Shown: positions 1 through 14,789 of the stretch, piece after piece
Numbering within the stretch: the stretch's first letter is position 1
Layout: each line of letters opens with the position of its first letter
NCBI RefSeq assembly: GCF_006345805.1
Contig: NC_043001.1
Location: 52,638,001-52,702,000, forward strand
Reading direction: 5' to 3'
Source: Octopus sinensis
Taxonomy: Eukaryota
Length of the DNA: 64,000 nucleotides
Program-made: the position numbers and the translations under genes
The notes under the pieces: generated by a model
Seen by the model: the letters and a program-made list of their open reading frames with translations, nothing else
What the model was told of the DNA's origin: nothing
The model's database searches: none

Positions 1-129
1 ATACATATATACACACATACATACACACACCTACATACATATACACACAAACACATACATACGTAAACATACATACATACATCCATACATCCATACTTAC
101 ATGCACTTATACGCATACACACACCCCCA

Positions 130-180
<51 letters not shown>

Positions 181-748
181 CCACACTCACACATACATAT
201 ACAAATATACGCCACACATACATACATACATACACGTATACGCATACACGCACATACACATATACATGCGTACCCATACACGTGCCCACACGCACATGCA
301 TCCATATGTATACACAACACACACATATATACACGTGTGCAAGCATACATACATACTCATACACGCACACATACTTACATATACATATATGCACACACTT
401 ACACACATATATACATACACATATACATGCATACATACATATATGCATACATACACATACACGCACATACACATATACACATGCGTACCCATACACGTGC
501 ACGCACGCACGCGCATCCATATATATACACACGTACACATATATATACACGTGTGCAAGCATACATACATACTCATACACGCGCACATACTTACATATAC
601 ATATATGCACACACTTCCACACATATATACATACACATATACATGCATACATACATATATGCATACATACACACACGCGCACTCATATATACATATATAT
701 ATATACACACACATACACATATATACATATACATATATATACATATAT

Positions 749-782
<34 letters not shown>

Positions 783-869
783 TACACACATATACATACA
801 TATACACATACATATATATACACATATACACATACACATACATGCACACATACACACACATACACATAC

Positions 870-910
<41 letters not shown>

Positions 911-1002
911 TACACACACATACACATATACACATACATATATACATACATACATACATATACATACACACACACATACATATATACACGGATACACATA
1001 CC

Positions 1003-1048
<46 letters not shown>

Positions 1049-2149
1049 TATACACATGCATATACTTATATCTCTACATACTCACATATAAACATATATA
1101 TATATATACACACACACATATATATACAGGTACACACACATACACATATACATACATATATACACATACACACATACATATATATATATATATACATATA
1201 CATATACATATTATACATAAATATAATACATATATATATATATACATATACCCCCAAATATATACATATATATATATATACACACATATACACACCACAC
1301 CACACATACATATACACATATACATGTATACATACGCAATAATGATACACATATATACACATACACACACACAGACAGATGCATATACATACATATAATA
1401 TATAAATTACATATCTATATAATACATACATAATACACATATACACACACATATATACATACATATACATACATATTATATATTATATATGTATATACAT
1501 ATATATACATACATACATAATAATATACATATATACATACACATGCACATACATATACAAATATACATACACATGCTACACACACCGCGCGCACATACAT
1601 ATACACCACACACATATACAAATACATACATACCACACACACCAACCACACTATATATACATACATGTACACATAACATATATATATATATCAACAAGGG
1701 AGGGTAAAGTTAATTAGTTATTAATCAAATTCACCAAGAATTCATTATGTATGGGTACGCATGTATATGTGTATGTGCGTGTATGCGTATACGTGTATGT
1801 ATGTATGTATGTGTGGGCGTATATTTGTATATGTATGTGTGAGTGGTGTATATTATATATATAATATATATATATATATTATATTATAATATATATATAG
1901 ATGGGGGTGTGTGTATGCGTATAAGTGCATGTAAGTATGGATGTATGGATGTATGTATGTATGTTTACGTATGTATGTGTTTGTGTGTATATGTATGTAG
2001 GTGTGTGTATGTATGTGTGTATATATGTATATGTATATATAGTGTGTATATATGTTTGTGTATGTATATATATGTGTATGTATGTGTGGTGTATATATAT
2101 GGGTGTGTGTGTATGTATGTATGTATGTATATATGTGTATATATGTATA

Positions 2150-2203
<54 letters not shown>

Positions 2204-2390
2204 GTATATGTATGTATATGTATATATATTATGTACAGTATGTGTGGGTATATATTATATATATATATAGTATGTATCTGTATGTAGGAGTATATATGTG
2301 TGTGTGTGTGTGTTATGTGTATATGTGTATATATTATATATGTATATTATATATATATAATGTATATTTATTGGTGTATATATATAGACT
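1..2390. repeat. Compound (TA)n/(CA)n/(TACA)n low-complexity region with internal ~215-bp tandem duplication and an inverted copy
   Basis: Direct reading: ~268-482 is repeated at ~483-680, and 1-280 is the reverse complement of 1748-2030. The H/T/Y/I ORFs here are microsatellite artefacts. Confidence 0.95.
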
Positions 2391-3054
2391 AGCCTCCTAA
2401 AGTGTAGACATGAATCTGTAGGTACGAGTACGTATGTGTATATACGTGAACGTATGTAGATGTTTGTATGTATGAATATAACGCGTGCGTACGTGTATGT
2501 GTATGAGTGTACGAATGGGTGTATGTACGTGCTAATGAGTGTGCGTGCGGAACGAGTACTTGCCTTCTAGTAGACAGACAATTTGGACATGCTGCCATCG
2601 CCAGGATCCTTAGCTCTAGCGATCAAAGATAACAAAAGTAATAAATGAAGATAATAAAATTAAAATTAGGAATGGGCCTGTATTGGATTGTGTATATATA
2701 ATATATTGTATATTATATATATATATATATATATATAGATATTATATATATATATATATATATGTGTATGTGTGTATGTGTAGGTATGTATAGGCACACA
2801 TGTGTACGTATGTGTGTGTGTATGTATATGTGTTTATGTATGTATGTGCACACATTTTATTTTTTTATTTTTTTATTTTTTTATTTTTTATCTTTTTTTT
2901 TTATTTATCTATTCTTTCACCTAACTTACCACTGACTCCTTGACCACTCCCCCAAGTATGATATTTTGCGCTATGCCTCCCCCAAAAAAGTCCCCCACCA
3001 CCACTCCTTTAAACCTGCCTAAATGTATAAATGCTAATACAATTCTTGTTAAAT

Positions 3055-3105
3055 AGCTTCCTGAAGATTTCTCTTGAATGAAACAGTACTAGTCCTGTAG
3101 AAGCT
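3055..3105 (+). ncRNA. Type I hammerhead ribozyme motif
   Basis: agcttc-CTGAAGA-t ttc tctt gaa t-GAAA-cag tactagtc ctg-TA-gaagct: 6-bp stem I, weak stem II (U.U at 10.1/11.1), 4-bp stem III, GUA triplet; followed by (TA)n. Confidence 0.7.
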
Positions 3106-3147
3106 CCTTCTATATAATAAATATATATATATATATATATGTATATT

Positions 3148-3290
<143 letters not shown>

Positions 3291-3859
3291 TCACGAACAA
3301 TGCTTTTGTATGAGACAATAGACAACTGCACTGATAATATTGTTAATATTCGTGATCTTCCCCAGCGGGCACCAGTGAGAGTTTCACAACCACTGCCATG
3401 TGAAGTTTGAACATCTGCACGTTGAAAACTGCTACTATGAAAGGTTAATTTGATTCAATATTCAATTTATTTCCCGTCCTCTTGTTGCAAAACACTATTT
3501 ACACCCCTACTGAAACCGGTAACAGTGTTTTCCTAAACATGCGACTATTTTCTTCTTTGCAAAGCTTTTTCTCCATATATTCTTAACATAAACTGACTTG
3601 TGTGAAACAGTTTTCTATTTTCAGTAGCACATACCATATGTGGAACACAAAATATCGCCAAAAACGGACACATCAATCTTAATTACGACGACATGTTGAC
3701 GGAGTAATAGAAAATAAATGTATATGTAGCTACGATAATCATCAAGCTCGATATGAGACACGGAGATGGCTGACAAAATGATAGCAAGAAATAATAAGTC
3801 AGCGAAAACTGTGAATATTATGCGAAACTATAGAAACTTATTTTTGAACAAATGTAAGT

Positions 3860-4900
3860 AATGACCAAAACAACACAAACACCCGTAATGAAATATATCA
3901 AGAACAACCTGCCTTATGCAAAAACACCTTTTCCTCTAATAGAAAAAAAAATCCTTTCGGGTAGGAAATTTACTTTTTGTAAAATGATTCACAAGAATAA
4001 CAAAGGCAATATATCCGAGAAATGGCTAAACCCACCACCAGAAATGCTACACAAAGGAAACTAGCAGTAAAACGTCTCTAGATAAGTGAGGTTTGAAACT
4101 GTACTCCTAAAAGAAAGAGCACAAAGCAAAAAGAAGATTATAAACCCTTTTATCAAGAAATCCACATAGAATGCAGTAAACACCGATTAGTTTGCAAAAT
4201 GCGAAACCAAAGAAAACTTTTTCCGCAACGGTTTCTGAAAAGAAAAACAGTTAAGGTGAAATCATTCACAGAACTGGATGTACGGCCATTAAGAAAACTA
4301 AATTAGTATCGATCGGAGCAATAAGTGAAAAGATTAACCTCACACTTTATAAATTCCATTCAAATCTGCAATAGGAATGATCAACAGAATAAGAAAAAAA
4401 ATGCTTTCAGGATGAACATCATAACCTTTCATACCCAATGAGAAACAAACTGCAAAACCTGTCCGAAATTCGAAAACACATCCAGTGATCCTCAATAGCA
4501 AATTCACGCGGTGAACGAAGATTATCAAAGATATACTTGGAACTTAAAGCAACATATTATTAATGATAGTTTTAGACCCTGTCCACACGAACGAAAATAC
4601 TCGGTGGCACATAGCAAACAAAAGAAACCAAAGCTAATTAAAACATTTCAAGATTATCAATTAAAAATTTAACGGTACCTAAATTTACGCGAAAGCCTCG
4701 AAGATCTAATTACCATGAAATTATAGACGACAGAAAATTACAAGAATAGCTAAGATGAATTAATGGCAGTATACTACAGCCACATACTCCGTCATACTTT
4801 AGGAATTGAAATTCAAATTCGAGAATACATACTACATCTAGTCGTAATCTGTGAACATATAAAGACAGGTTGCGCTAAGAATCTGCTACGAAGAACAAGC
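3860..4900 (+). pseudogene. Possible highly decayed retroelement (PLE-like RT) coding relic
   Basis: A-rich coding-like composition with many frameshifts; only faint resemblance to the PLE RT SLYTNIP-type motif near 4341-4380. Confidence 0.25.
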
Positions 4901-5139
4901 TAAACTTTACTCTCTTCCCTATGGTACATAGGCACAGTAACGCATCAACAACAACAATACCGAATACAGCTACTACTGTTACAGTCACCACATCCGCTCT
5001 TGCTACTGGAGGAAGGAAAGAATCGATTCGTACTACACTTACCGGTTCAACCATTTGCTCCACCACTATATAAGCTGCTATTTCTGACCACTGCTATTTC
5101 CACTAGAATGGTCGACACAGCCATTAATAATAAGACCAA

Positions 5140-5223
<84 letters not shown>

Positions 5224-5240
5224 CGCCACCACTGCTACTA

Positions 5241-5280
<40 letters not shown>

Positions 5281-5290
5281 GTCATCATCA
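5140..5290. repeat. (ACT)n-(GCT)n-(ACT)n trinucleotide repeat
   Basis: Direct reading; explains the poly-T/A/L and poly-S/V ORFs. Confidence 0.95.
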
Positions 5291-5343
5291 CCTTCGACAT
5301 CTCCCTTCATTACAAATTCATCTTTTATATTAACATTGCCAAT

Positions 5344-5968
5344 GCGGTGAGTTGACAGAATCTTTAGCATACCCGGCGAAATGTTTAGCGGTATTTCGTC
5401 TGCCACTACGTTCTGAGTCCAAATTCCTCCGAGGTCGACTTTGCCTTTCATCCTTTAGGGGTGGATTGAATAAGTACCAGCTACACACTGGGGTCGATGT
5501 AATCGACTTAATCCGTTTGACTGCCCTTGTTTGTCCTCCCTGTGTTTAGCCCCTTGTGGGTAGTAAAGAAATAGGTATTCGTCTCTCTTCACGTACTGAG
5601 TTGAAAACCCGCCGAGGTCCACTTTGCTTTCCATCAATTAGGGGTCTATAAAATAAGTACCAATTGAGTACTTGGGTCGATGCAATTGAATTTCTGTCTC
5701 CCCGTAAACTGCTGGCCTTGTGCCAAAATTTGAAATCAATATTAATATTGCCGAGACAGCATTTTGGCAGAATCTTTACCGTGCTGGGAAAATGCTCAGC
5801 GGCATTTCTTCCGACTGTGCGTTACGAGTTTAAATGGAACTGAGTTCGACTTTGTCTTTCATCTTTCCGGAGTCAATATAATATGTATCAGTTGAGCTCT
5901 GGAATTTTCTAATCGACTTAGCCCCTATCTCTGAAATTGCGGGACTTGTGATGAAATATGAAACCGAT
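5344..5968 (+). mobile_element. Cluster of three tRNA-derived SINEs (family A)
   Basis: Box A-like tggcagaatc, box B-like gagttcaaatt, core ccgaggtcgactttgcctttcatcctttcggggtcgataaaataagtacc; the first copy has the tail tttagccccttgtgggtagtaaagaaata. The family recurs at least 8 times in the window. Confidence 0.85.
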
Positions 5969-6394
5969 ATAAACATTGACAATAATGAAGAATTATCGTA
6001 CAATAAAGAGCAATATACAACTGCAACGTATAACATTGCTACAACTACTGTACGATCTATCAATTATCAGACAGAAACACAAAACTACTGGTTTGGAAAT
6101 TTAAAAAAAAAATCTTATGAGCGATCAAATCTGGTATCACAAAAGATTAAGTGAACTTATTTTTGCCATTACTTGTTACAGCAGCACATTTTGTTAAACG
6201 TGTAAAATTCCTTTTTCACGTTAAAATTCTAAAAGCATATTCTTTCGTTTGCAGTAAATATAGCAGTGATATAATATATCACTTAGCAACCACGTAGTTT
6301 CAGGTAAAGTGTTTTCTGCCGTAGTTCCGATCATTTCAGTACCTTCCATTGACGTAAATTCTGTGCAAGCCTGTTGTATATATATATATATATT

Positions 6395-6475
<81 letters not shown>

Positions 6476-6559
6476 GATACTTGGAGTCAGATTTAAGTTT
6501 ATAAAAAACATATATAATAAGAGATAATAACTTTATCAAAAACTGCAATGAGGATAAAA

Positions 6560-8097
6560 ATAAACCTTTTTATAATATTATTCAATAAAACTACCTTCAG
6601 CTTCAACAACTGCTTCTGTATGAGATCTAAATCGCCTTCATGCTCGAATCAAGTATCCCTAGTTCATTTTGGACATTACTCTGACCATGGTAGCTTTCAA
6701 AGAATCTTTGGTGTTATGGGCTTGTTCATTGACCTCTCTCTCAACAACGCTCCACATGTAATAGTCCAATAGATTGAGATCTAGGAAATTATGAGGTAAA
6801 ATACTAGGGGTTATGTGATCATGAAGAATTTCAGCCATCCATTCCTGTGTGATAGTGTAGAGTCTTATTGAAACACATATGACGTTCCATTGCATACACT
6901 GGCTATCCGTGGCTTAACAGTTATTTCCAGGATATCAATGTAGGTGGCAGAGTTAACTTCTGTGATCACTTGTATCCTCTACGAATTTTGAACAAAGAGC
7001 CAACGTGAAGTTTCACGTTCAAGTTGAGAAGTATGCTACAGAGATATGGAACATCAGTCGGCAAGCTTATGGCGATAAGGCAAAGGGTCGTATGCAAAGT
7101 TTCGAGTTGCACGGGCTCTTCAAATAGTACGACATAGCTGCAGCTTAATTAAGAGCATGCTTATTATCGTTTTCGGCATCCGCTGTATTGTGCATCAAGA
7201 ATATATTCCTCAGGACCCGACCTTCAATCTAGAGTGCTACTGCGATGTTTTGAAGCCATTGAGGTAGAACATTCGGCGAAGGTGGCAATGGCTGGTGTGG
7301 GCTTTGCGTATCTGAGGCATTCCATATTAGAAAAATTAAATCGAATATTAATAATCATCGTAACCAGTTAATTGCATGATGCCACCACCCTAAATATAAA
7401 TCATTCCTATAATCTCACTATACGTATCCTATTATTAATTCTTGTATCTACACCTTGTCGAAAGATGTAAGGAGGCATTACATAGGCATCATTGCTGACA
7501 ACCCCTAAACAGATGCAGGAAATTTTGTATGCGTAACACTTGAAAGTTCAGAAGGTTTGCACATAAACGTCTGTCATTTCTTCTGTTAACCTCTTGATCC
7601 TGGCCGAAGTTTTTCTCATTTGAGAAAATCCAAATCAAATCTTCTACTGGAGTTTTCAGTTTGTTTAAGAGCCATTTATATCTGATATAGTAATTTGTTT
7701 TTGATTTTTCGGACAAATTGACCTTTCCTTATATAATTCTTATATCTGATGTCTTCGTAGACGACATTTCTGACTGTTCCTTCTGACACATGGACATTCT
7801 GGGATTTAATCGAGGGCCTGTTGAACATGCTGGATAAATTCAGGTGTTCTGATAATTCGGAGCTTTTAGAATGCTTTTTTCCATCTTCACTCTCTAGCTC
7901 CTTAAAAATTTTTAAAAGTCGAGATATTTCTAAATCACTATGCTCAGGCTTTATAACCACAATAAGAGTATTCCTCTTCCTTTCTTGAGTAAGCTGAGGG
8001 TCTGCCATTATTATTTTCTGAATCAAAGATTATACAGAGTTAGCAAAAATTGCAGCAATGACACAAAAAAGCTATGTCCTCAAATACCTTACGCACC

Positions 8098-8100
<3 letters not shown>
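6560..8100 (-). mobile_element. Decayed Tc1/mariner-superfamily transposon, interrupted at 6957-7454
   Basis: Fragments IFSNEKNF..DQEVNRRNDR (first catalytic-D region) and LPHNFLDLNLLDYYMWSVVE (WPPNSPDLNPLDY-like motif); terminus cagggtgcgtaagg next to (TA)n at ~8100. Confidence 0.8.
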
Positions 8101-8155
<55 letters not shown>

Positions 8156-8156
8156 C

Positions 8157-8228
<72 letters not shown>

Positions 8229-8230
8229 AG

Positions 8231-9016
8231 TATCAAAACGTCCCCGAGCTTATGTTAATAAAAATTAATTTATTGACCGAAGTTTTAAAATTCTCCTTCC
8301 AGATAGTCACCTTGTGCAGCAATACATCTGCCCCAGCGTTCATGCCGCTTTTGGAATCCACCCTGTAAATCGCTTTCGTAAGCCAGTCAAGTACATTCTG
8401 CATTTCGCTCTTGATCTCGAGAACGGTGTTAAAACGACGTTCTTTGAGCTGCATTTTCACATTGTAGTAAGAGATGGTACTTCGGCAGGTATTAAATCTC
8501 ATGAATAGAGCTGGTTCTTTAAAAGAAACTCACGGGTGAAGGGAGCTCTGCGAAGAATCAAATTCTTCGCGCTCCCAAAATCCTGTCGCTTTCGCCGAAT
8601 GTCCTACTTCAAACGTTTCAAATCGTTGCAGTAGAACTCTCGATTGACTGTCTTGTCCTAAGGAATAAATTCTCGATGCACAATACCTTGGATGTAGAAG
8701 CTCTGTCATACATTTTGAAGCGCCCGCGCTACTCGAAAGACTGCATTCGACCCATTGCCTTATCGCCACAAGCTTGCCGAAGGATGCTCAACATCTCTGT
8801 AGCAGACTTCTCAATTGTAACGCAAAATTGGCTCGTTGTTCCAACTTCCTACAGGATACAAGTCATCATAAAAGCACAAATTTAACAACTTACGAAGCAA
8901 ACACAGCGATGTCAGTCGACACACAACTTAAATGAAGACCACTGCTTGCTCTCAATGCGGACGCAGCCATATCCCGCTATCTGTCGGCCTGGAACGAGTC
9001 CGGGAACTTGTTGATA
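8231..9016 (-). mobile_element. Internally deleted mariner element with TIRs
   Basis: TIRs tatcaaaacgtccccga / tccgggaacttgttgata; C-terminal transposase KMQLKERRFNTVLEIK...RWGRCIAAQGDYLEG. Confidence 0.8.
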
Positions 9017-9644
9017 TCATTTTCGTGTATATATGTATGTCTGTGTGTATGTGTTTACGCATATATGTATGTATGTATATATATATATTCAAATATCTAT
9101 AAGTAGTTGCGCTTATTTCATAAAAATTATCGAGCACATATACCCAAAATATGCGCATTTTTTGTTCGAAGCGAGGTTGCTAGATCGTGCAGTAGGCTTG
9201 ACTCTCTAAAATCGCTGGATGTTTAATCATTTGAAAATCATAGAACAGCGATACGACTGATATTTGGGGCGAGTAAAGTTAGTTTTAGTTATCATATAGG
9301 GTCTAGTTATATTTACAGGGCTAGCATTTTAGGGAGATTAGTAGTTTCATTGATAACAAAATGTTTAATTATGTCCTAATAACTTTTTTTGCTATCCGTA
9401 AAAAAAGTTTACAAAGGTGGGACAAAATTATACTTAACCAGGCTAGGCAATTATCCAAAAGTGTTGATTTAGGTTACAAAGTTTATTGGTGTAGATACAA
9501 GAATTAATAATAGGATACGTATAGTGAGATTATAGGAATGATTTATATTTAGGGTGGTGGCATCATGCAATTAACTGGTTACGATGATATTAATATTCGA
9601 TTTAATTTTTCTAATATGGAATGCCTCAGATACGCAAAGCCCAC

Positions 9645-10113
9645 ACCAGCCATTGCCACCTTCGCCGAATGTTCTACCTCAATGGCTTCAAAATCGCAGT
9701 AGCACTCTAGATTGAAGGTCGGGTCCTGAGGAATATATTCTGATGCACAATACAGCGGATGCCGAAAACGATAATAAGCATGCTTAATTAAGCTGCAGCT
9801 ATGTCGTACTATTTGAAGAGCCCGTGCAACTCGAAACTTTGCATACGACCCTTTGCTTATCGCCATAAGCTTGCCGACTGATGTTCCATATCTCTGTAGC
9901 ATACTTCTCAACTTGAACGTGAAACTTCACGTTGGCTCTTTGTTCAAAATTCGTAGAGGATACAAGTGATCACAGAAGCAAACACAGCGATGCCACTCAG
10001 AACACAACCTCATAAAAACGACTGCTAATTATCACTAGGCACGCAACCATATCTAGCCATCTGTTGGGCTGGATACAAGACTAACCCGGGAACTTGTTGA
10101 TAACATCTTCTTG
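9645..10113 (-). mobile_element. Second, 5' fragment of the same mariner family
   Basis: Similar to 8590-9016 (gatacaagt.atca..aagca, aaacacagcgatg, cccgggaacttgttgata TIR). Confidence 0.75.
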
Positions 10114-10158
10114 TATACATAATATATATATATATGTGTGTGTGTGTGTGAGTGTGTG

Positions 10159-10204
<46 letters not shown>

Positions 10205-10220
10205 CGTATATATATAAATG

Positions 10221-10261
<41 letters not shown>

Positions 10262-10883
10262 GGATGCATGAATTATCTTTATTTAGCGTTAATAGGGAAA
10301 ATTCAATAAACGGTTACCAGGGTAGCAACATTCACGCAAGTAACACGGATGAAGCGACCTATTCAAAGGTAGAAAACTCGGGTTAATGTACAGTAATTTG
10401 TATACTATAAGTATATATATTCAAATATCAATAAGAAGTAAAATTAATGTTGTGAAGATTATCGAGCACATATACCCAAAGTATGCGCATTTGTTGTCCG
10501 AAGGTAGGCTGCTAAATCGTGCAGTTGGTTTGGCTCTCTGAAATCGTTGGATGTTAAAACATTTGGAAGTCATAAAAAGGCGATATGACCAGGATTAGGG
10601 GCGAGTTAGGTTTTTATATTTATCATATAAGTCCTAATTATATTTAAGGGGCTAGCATTTATATATATATACATATAATTAATAATATCAAGGTAATAAA
10701 GATTTTAGAAATTTTTACTACCTATCGCCTAGCATGTAGAAAAATTAGTCAATAGACTATATATTATTCATATAAATATAAATAATGTACACTGTATTTA
10801 TATATAAATGTATGTGTGTGTGTGTGACTGTGTGTGTAAATATGTATATATATATATATATATATTTATTTTTTACACATACA

Positions 10884-10949
<66 letters not shown>

Positions 10950-12648
10950 ATGATTGTGTGAATGTGTGTGTGTATAAGGACTTGTATGAAACTCTCAGAG
11001 CTTGAGTCTCATATAACTTGCTGATAATAGAATAATCTAAGCTTTTACCATAACAAGCCATCGAAGAATGTGCGCGTGTATACATACACACACACACGCA
11101 TATATATAATATATATACCTCTTAACTGTACATGTGGAATACCGTTTTAGAATATTTTGGAATATTTGAATACGTGTTACCTAAAGAACTTGGTAAATAT
11201 AAGTGTGTTACCTAAATTTCCAATCATATACCATGTCTTTCTAGTGTCAACTATATTTCGTCGTTGCGTGTGAGTGTGCTTGCGTGCGCATGTATCCGCT
11301 TTAAAGCCGTAAGCGAGATAACGTGTGCTACTGAGTAATCCCTCTCATTCTCTTACTTGAGTGGGTTACACAATTATATGTATTTCTTTGTAAATTCCTC
11401 TTCTATGTAAATTCCTCCCCTTCACTTAAACGTGGTAATGACCATGTTATTATTCAGTTTCTTTTCTTTCTCTTTACCATTATATATGTATGTATGAAAA
11501 TGTTATTTTTTAATAAAATTAATATTAAATATTTCGTATTAATTCCGTTTGTGTAAGGTTTTAACGTGGAATAATGAAGAAGCAGGTAGTAATCTAATCA
11601 ATTATACTTCCATGTTATTTTGTTCGCTATTAATCAGAAAGATGCGAAGAGGTTAGATAAGCAAAATAAAAGAAAAATTAAAACTTGTGTTTAAACGCAC
11701 GATCTAACAACTTTTTTATATTTGCAAGAAAATTAAATGAATTTGGAAATTGCAAATTATTTCTCTCCATTATCTAATCTATCATCAAGTGACTACTTTT
11801 CTGTAATTACTCAATGTTAATGACTGGCAAAATGATATAGAAAGAGACTTGTCCATATACATGGAACACATCAGGCGTTATATAAATTTGAAAGAATGAT
11901 AATTTCGAATGAAAAAAAAAAATTAAAAACAGAAACCTCTGAATTAATTGCTTTCCTCCAGAGTGAACTCATAAATAATTTGGTTATACAGTGATAAATC
12001 GTAAGAAACATACAGAAAGTGACTCTTTATATCACTCAATTCGTGTAATAGAATATGATTGAATTTAATTAAGAGATTTTGATAAATTGGCTTAGAAATA
12101 AACAAAAAGTAGTTATAGGTAATAGAGTAAGGGAAACCAAGTTATAGTTTCACATTTTTTATTGCATATGAAAACATAAATCGCTAGTTTTTTTAATAAT
12201 TATGATAAATGAATTAAAACAATGCATTGCACTTTAAAACTCAAGCGTAATAGACACATGCTGCCGTAATACTTTCATAAAACACACACGCACATATGTT
12301 TATACATATACATAAATACATAGAATCATACGCACATTCATCATCTCTCATACACTTAGACTTATAACTATACTGTGGTAAATTTTACTTGATTTTTTTT
12401 AGATATTTTCTGCGAAACATAACATCTCTCTATATACTTTGCTTCTGGTAGTTATTTCTGTCACATTTTCAATGACCTACACAATAGACTGCGTGCTTCT
12501 CTTTATAATCAGAAACTGCTCAGTGCCGCAGAATAATATTGTATATCATAATTTGTTAGTAATGCATCAAAGGGCCTAGTACTTTGGAACAAGCGTATAA
12601 TGTTGAATATATTCATACATTCCGACACAATAATTATTGGGACATTAC

Positions 12649-12711
12649 CATATAGAACTTTCCAGAGTTTGAACACACGTGTTTGCACTTTTCTACCCAG
12701 TAGAATTCAGT
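12649..12711 (-). CDS. Candidate isolated coding exon (TEFYWVEKCKHVCSNSGKFYM)
   Basis: Strong acceptor attttcttctattttcag, 63 nt with only frame 0 open, donor gtaatg; product unrecognised. Confidence 0.35.
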
Positions 12712-12976
12712 CTGAAAATAGAAGAAAATATTTACGGATTAAATATCTGAAATATTTTAGATCTGAACACACAGTATAATATAATTCCAAATATAAACAT
12801 CAGCTCATGTAATAATGTTGGTGTTTAATTAATATCAAAAACAAAAAACTAAAACTAAAATTTAAAAAACAATGAGAGTGTCAGCAAAATAAAGATAGCT
12901 TCTAACTTGTATTTTGTCAATACAAATTAACAAAACAAGATTATCAAATAGTTGAGTAAGTAACTTAATATTTCTG

Positions 12977-13183
12977 AGGCGAGCTGGCAAAAACCTTAGC
13001 ACATCGGGCGAAATGCTGAATGGTATTTCGTTAGACTTTACGTTCTGAGTTCAAATTCCGCTGAGGTCGACTTTGCCTTACATCCTTTCGGGGTCGATAA
13101 ATTAACAATTGCGTACCGGGGTCGATCTAATCGACTGACCCGCTCCCCCCAAATTTCGGGCCTTATGCCTACAGCAGAAAAGA
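12977..13183 (+). mobile_element. tRNA-derived SINE family A
   Basis: ggcgagctggcaaaaaccttagc...gagttcaaattccgctgaggtcgactttgcc...ggggtcgataaa. Confidence 0.85.
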
Positions 13184-14560
13184 ATATTTCTGCAGATAAC
13201 TAAACTTTAGTGATGAAATTCTGCATATTATTTGGACACCAATTCATTCTCAAGAGGGCTAAGTTAACATTACGATATAAAGTTGACTGAGCCAAAACAT
13301 GCACATACATATACTGACACACTCGCGGACATAGATATATGATTTATTTAGATTTAAAGTTCATAAAGATAACTGTTACTTAACGCTTTGAAATGGCCGT
13401 ACATTATTCAAATGCTATTCTCTTCAGTTGTCTGCAGATTCCGATTATTTGTAGTAAATAATCATTATTGGACAATCACGCACATAAAAATATTTTGAAA
13501 GATAAACAGATAGTAAGTGATATATATTTTCACAGTCCACGTTAGATTCAGATGTGTAAATCATATTGCAAAAATAGAGATCTATTTATTAACATCTAAC
13601 CGCATGTGGTGTATTGAAATATCATGAACACTTTAAATACATAGTACTGAACTTTAAACTTTGGCTATATCAGATATTTTTACTTTAAGTATGTGTGGAT
13701 ATAGAAACCGGCTATTCATATTGTGATTTCTAATTTTTCACTGCACAAAATGCAATATACATCCACATTTATATTCTCTGACTATGTACATACATATGTA
13801 TATATACATATGTATCCATATATATATATATAAGTATATATATTTATGTATGTATATGTATGTATATATGTATATATATATATTTATATATATATAGGTT
13901 ATATATATATATATATATGTTTACATATATGTATGTATATATATGCATGTATAGGTTAAGGTATGGTTGCTGAATACCTACTAAAATGTAATTCAGTGAA
14001 ATACCTTGTCAGTAGATTTGATATTTTCGCTTCTTTTCAAGGTATAACTTATATAACTTCTTTTCCTATGTTACAATCTCACAAAAGTTAGATTTTCCTT
14101 TCTTTAGATAGAAGTTGAGGAAATACCATCAATATATTAAACCTATCCTTCAGATTCTTACTTTGTATCTCTTTCCAAACATTATTTCTTACTATCGATG
14201 CTTATACGTCTGTGCAGCGTAGTGAGAATGTGGGAAAAAAGGTGTGGATGACCACGAGAAGCCTTCTTTTATTCCATAAATTAATAAGTGAAAAGCATTA
14301 AGATTGGATAAGTTCTCGCTAATAGATATGTTCTCGTGTGTGAGAAGGAGAAAAATATATATGAACATATGTATGTATATATTTTGGGAGAATTCACAAA
14401 AATTAAACAAAAGACGAAGACAGCTGGTGTTGACAACAAACAGATATATTAGTTTAACGCTCGGGAAGAGAAAAAGTCTTTAAAGTTTCGATACTACGCT
14501 GCTCCACACAAAGGAACACAGAAAGAAACAAGAAGAGAATAAATATGTATGTATTTGTAA

Positions 14561-14640
<80 letters not shown>

Positions 14641-14718
14641 TTGTGTGTATGCCTTTGTATGGTATTTATTCCATGCTGGCCACTTGATAGTATCGATATT
14701 TAAATATCGATATTATCC

Positions 14719-14776
<58 letters not shown>

Positions 14777-14789
14777 TTTTCCACTTTAA

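Noticed and set aside
101-2400. Long ORFs up to 413 aa
   Set aside because: Translations of (TA)/(CA) microsatellites, which lack stops; the same applies to similar ORFs throughout the window.
5000-5451. Poly-Thr/Ala/Leu and poly-Ser/Val ORFs
   Set aside because: Trinucleotide repeat plus SINE sequence.
10335-10395. HHR-like cggatgaag...agaaaactcgggtta
   Set aside because: Too many core deviations to call.
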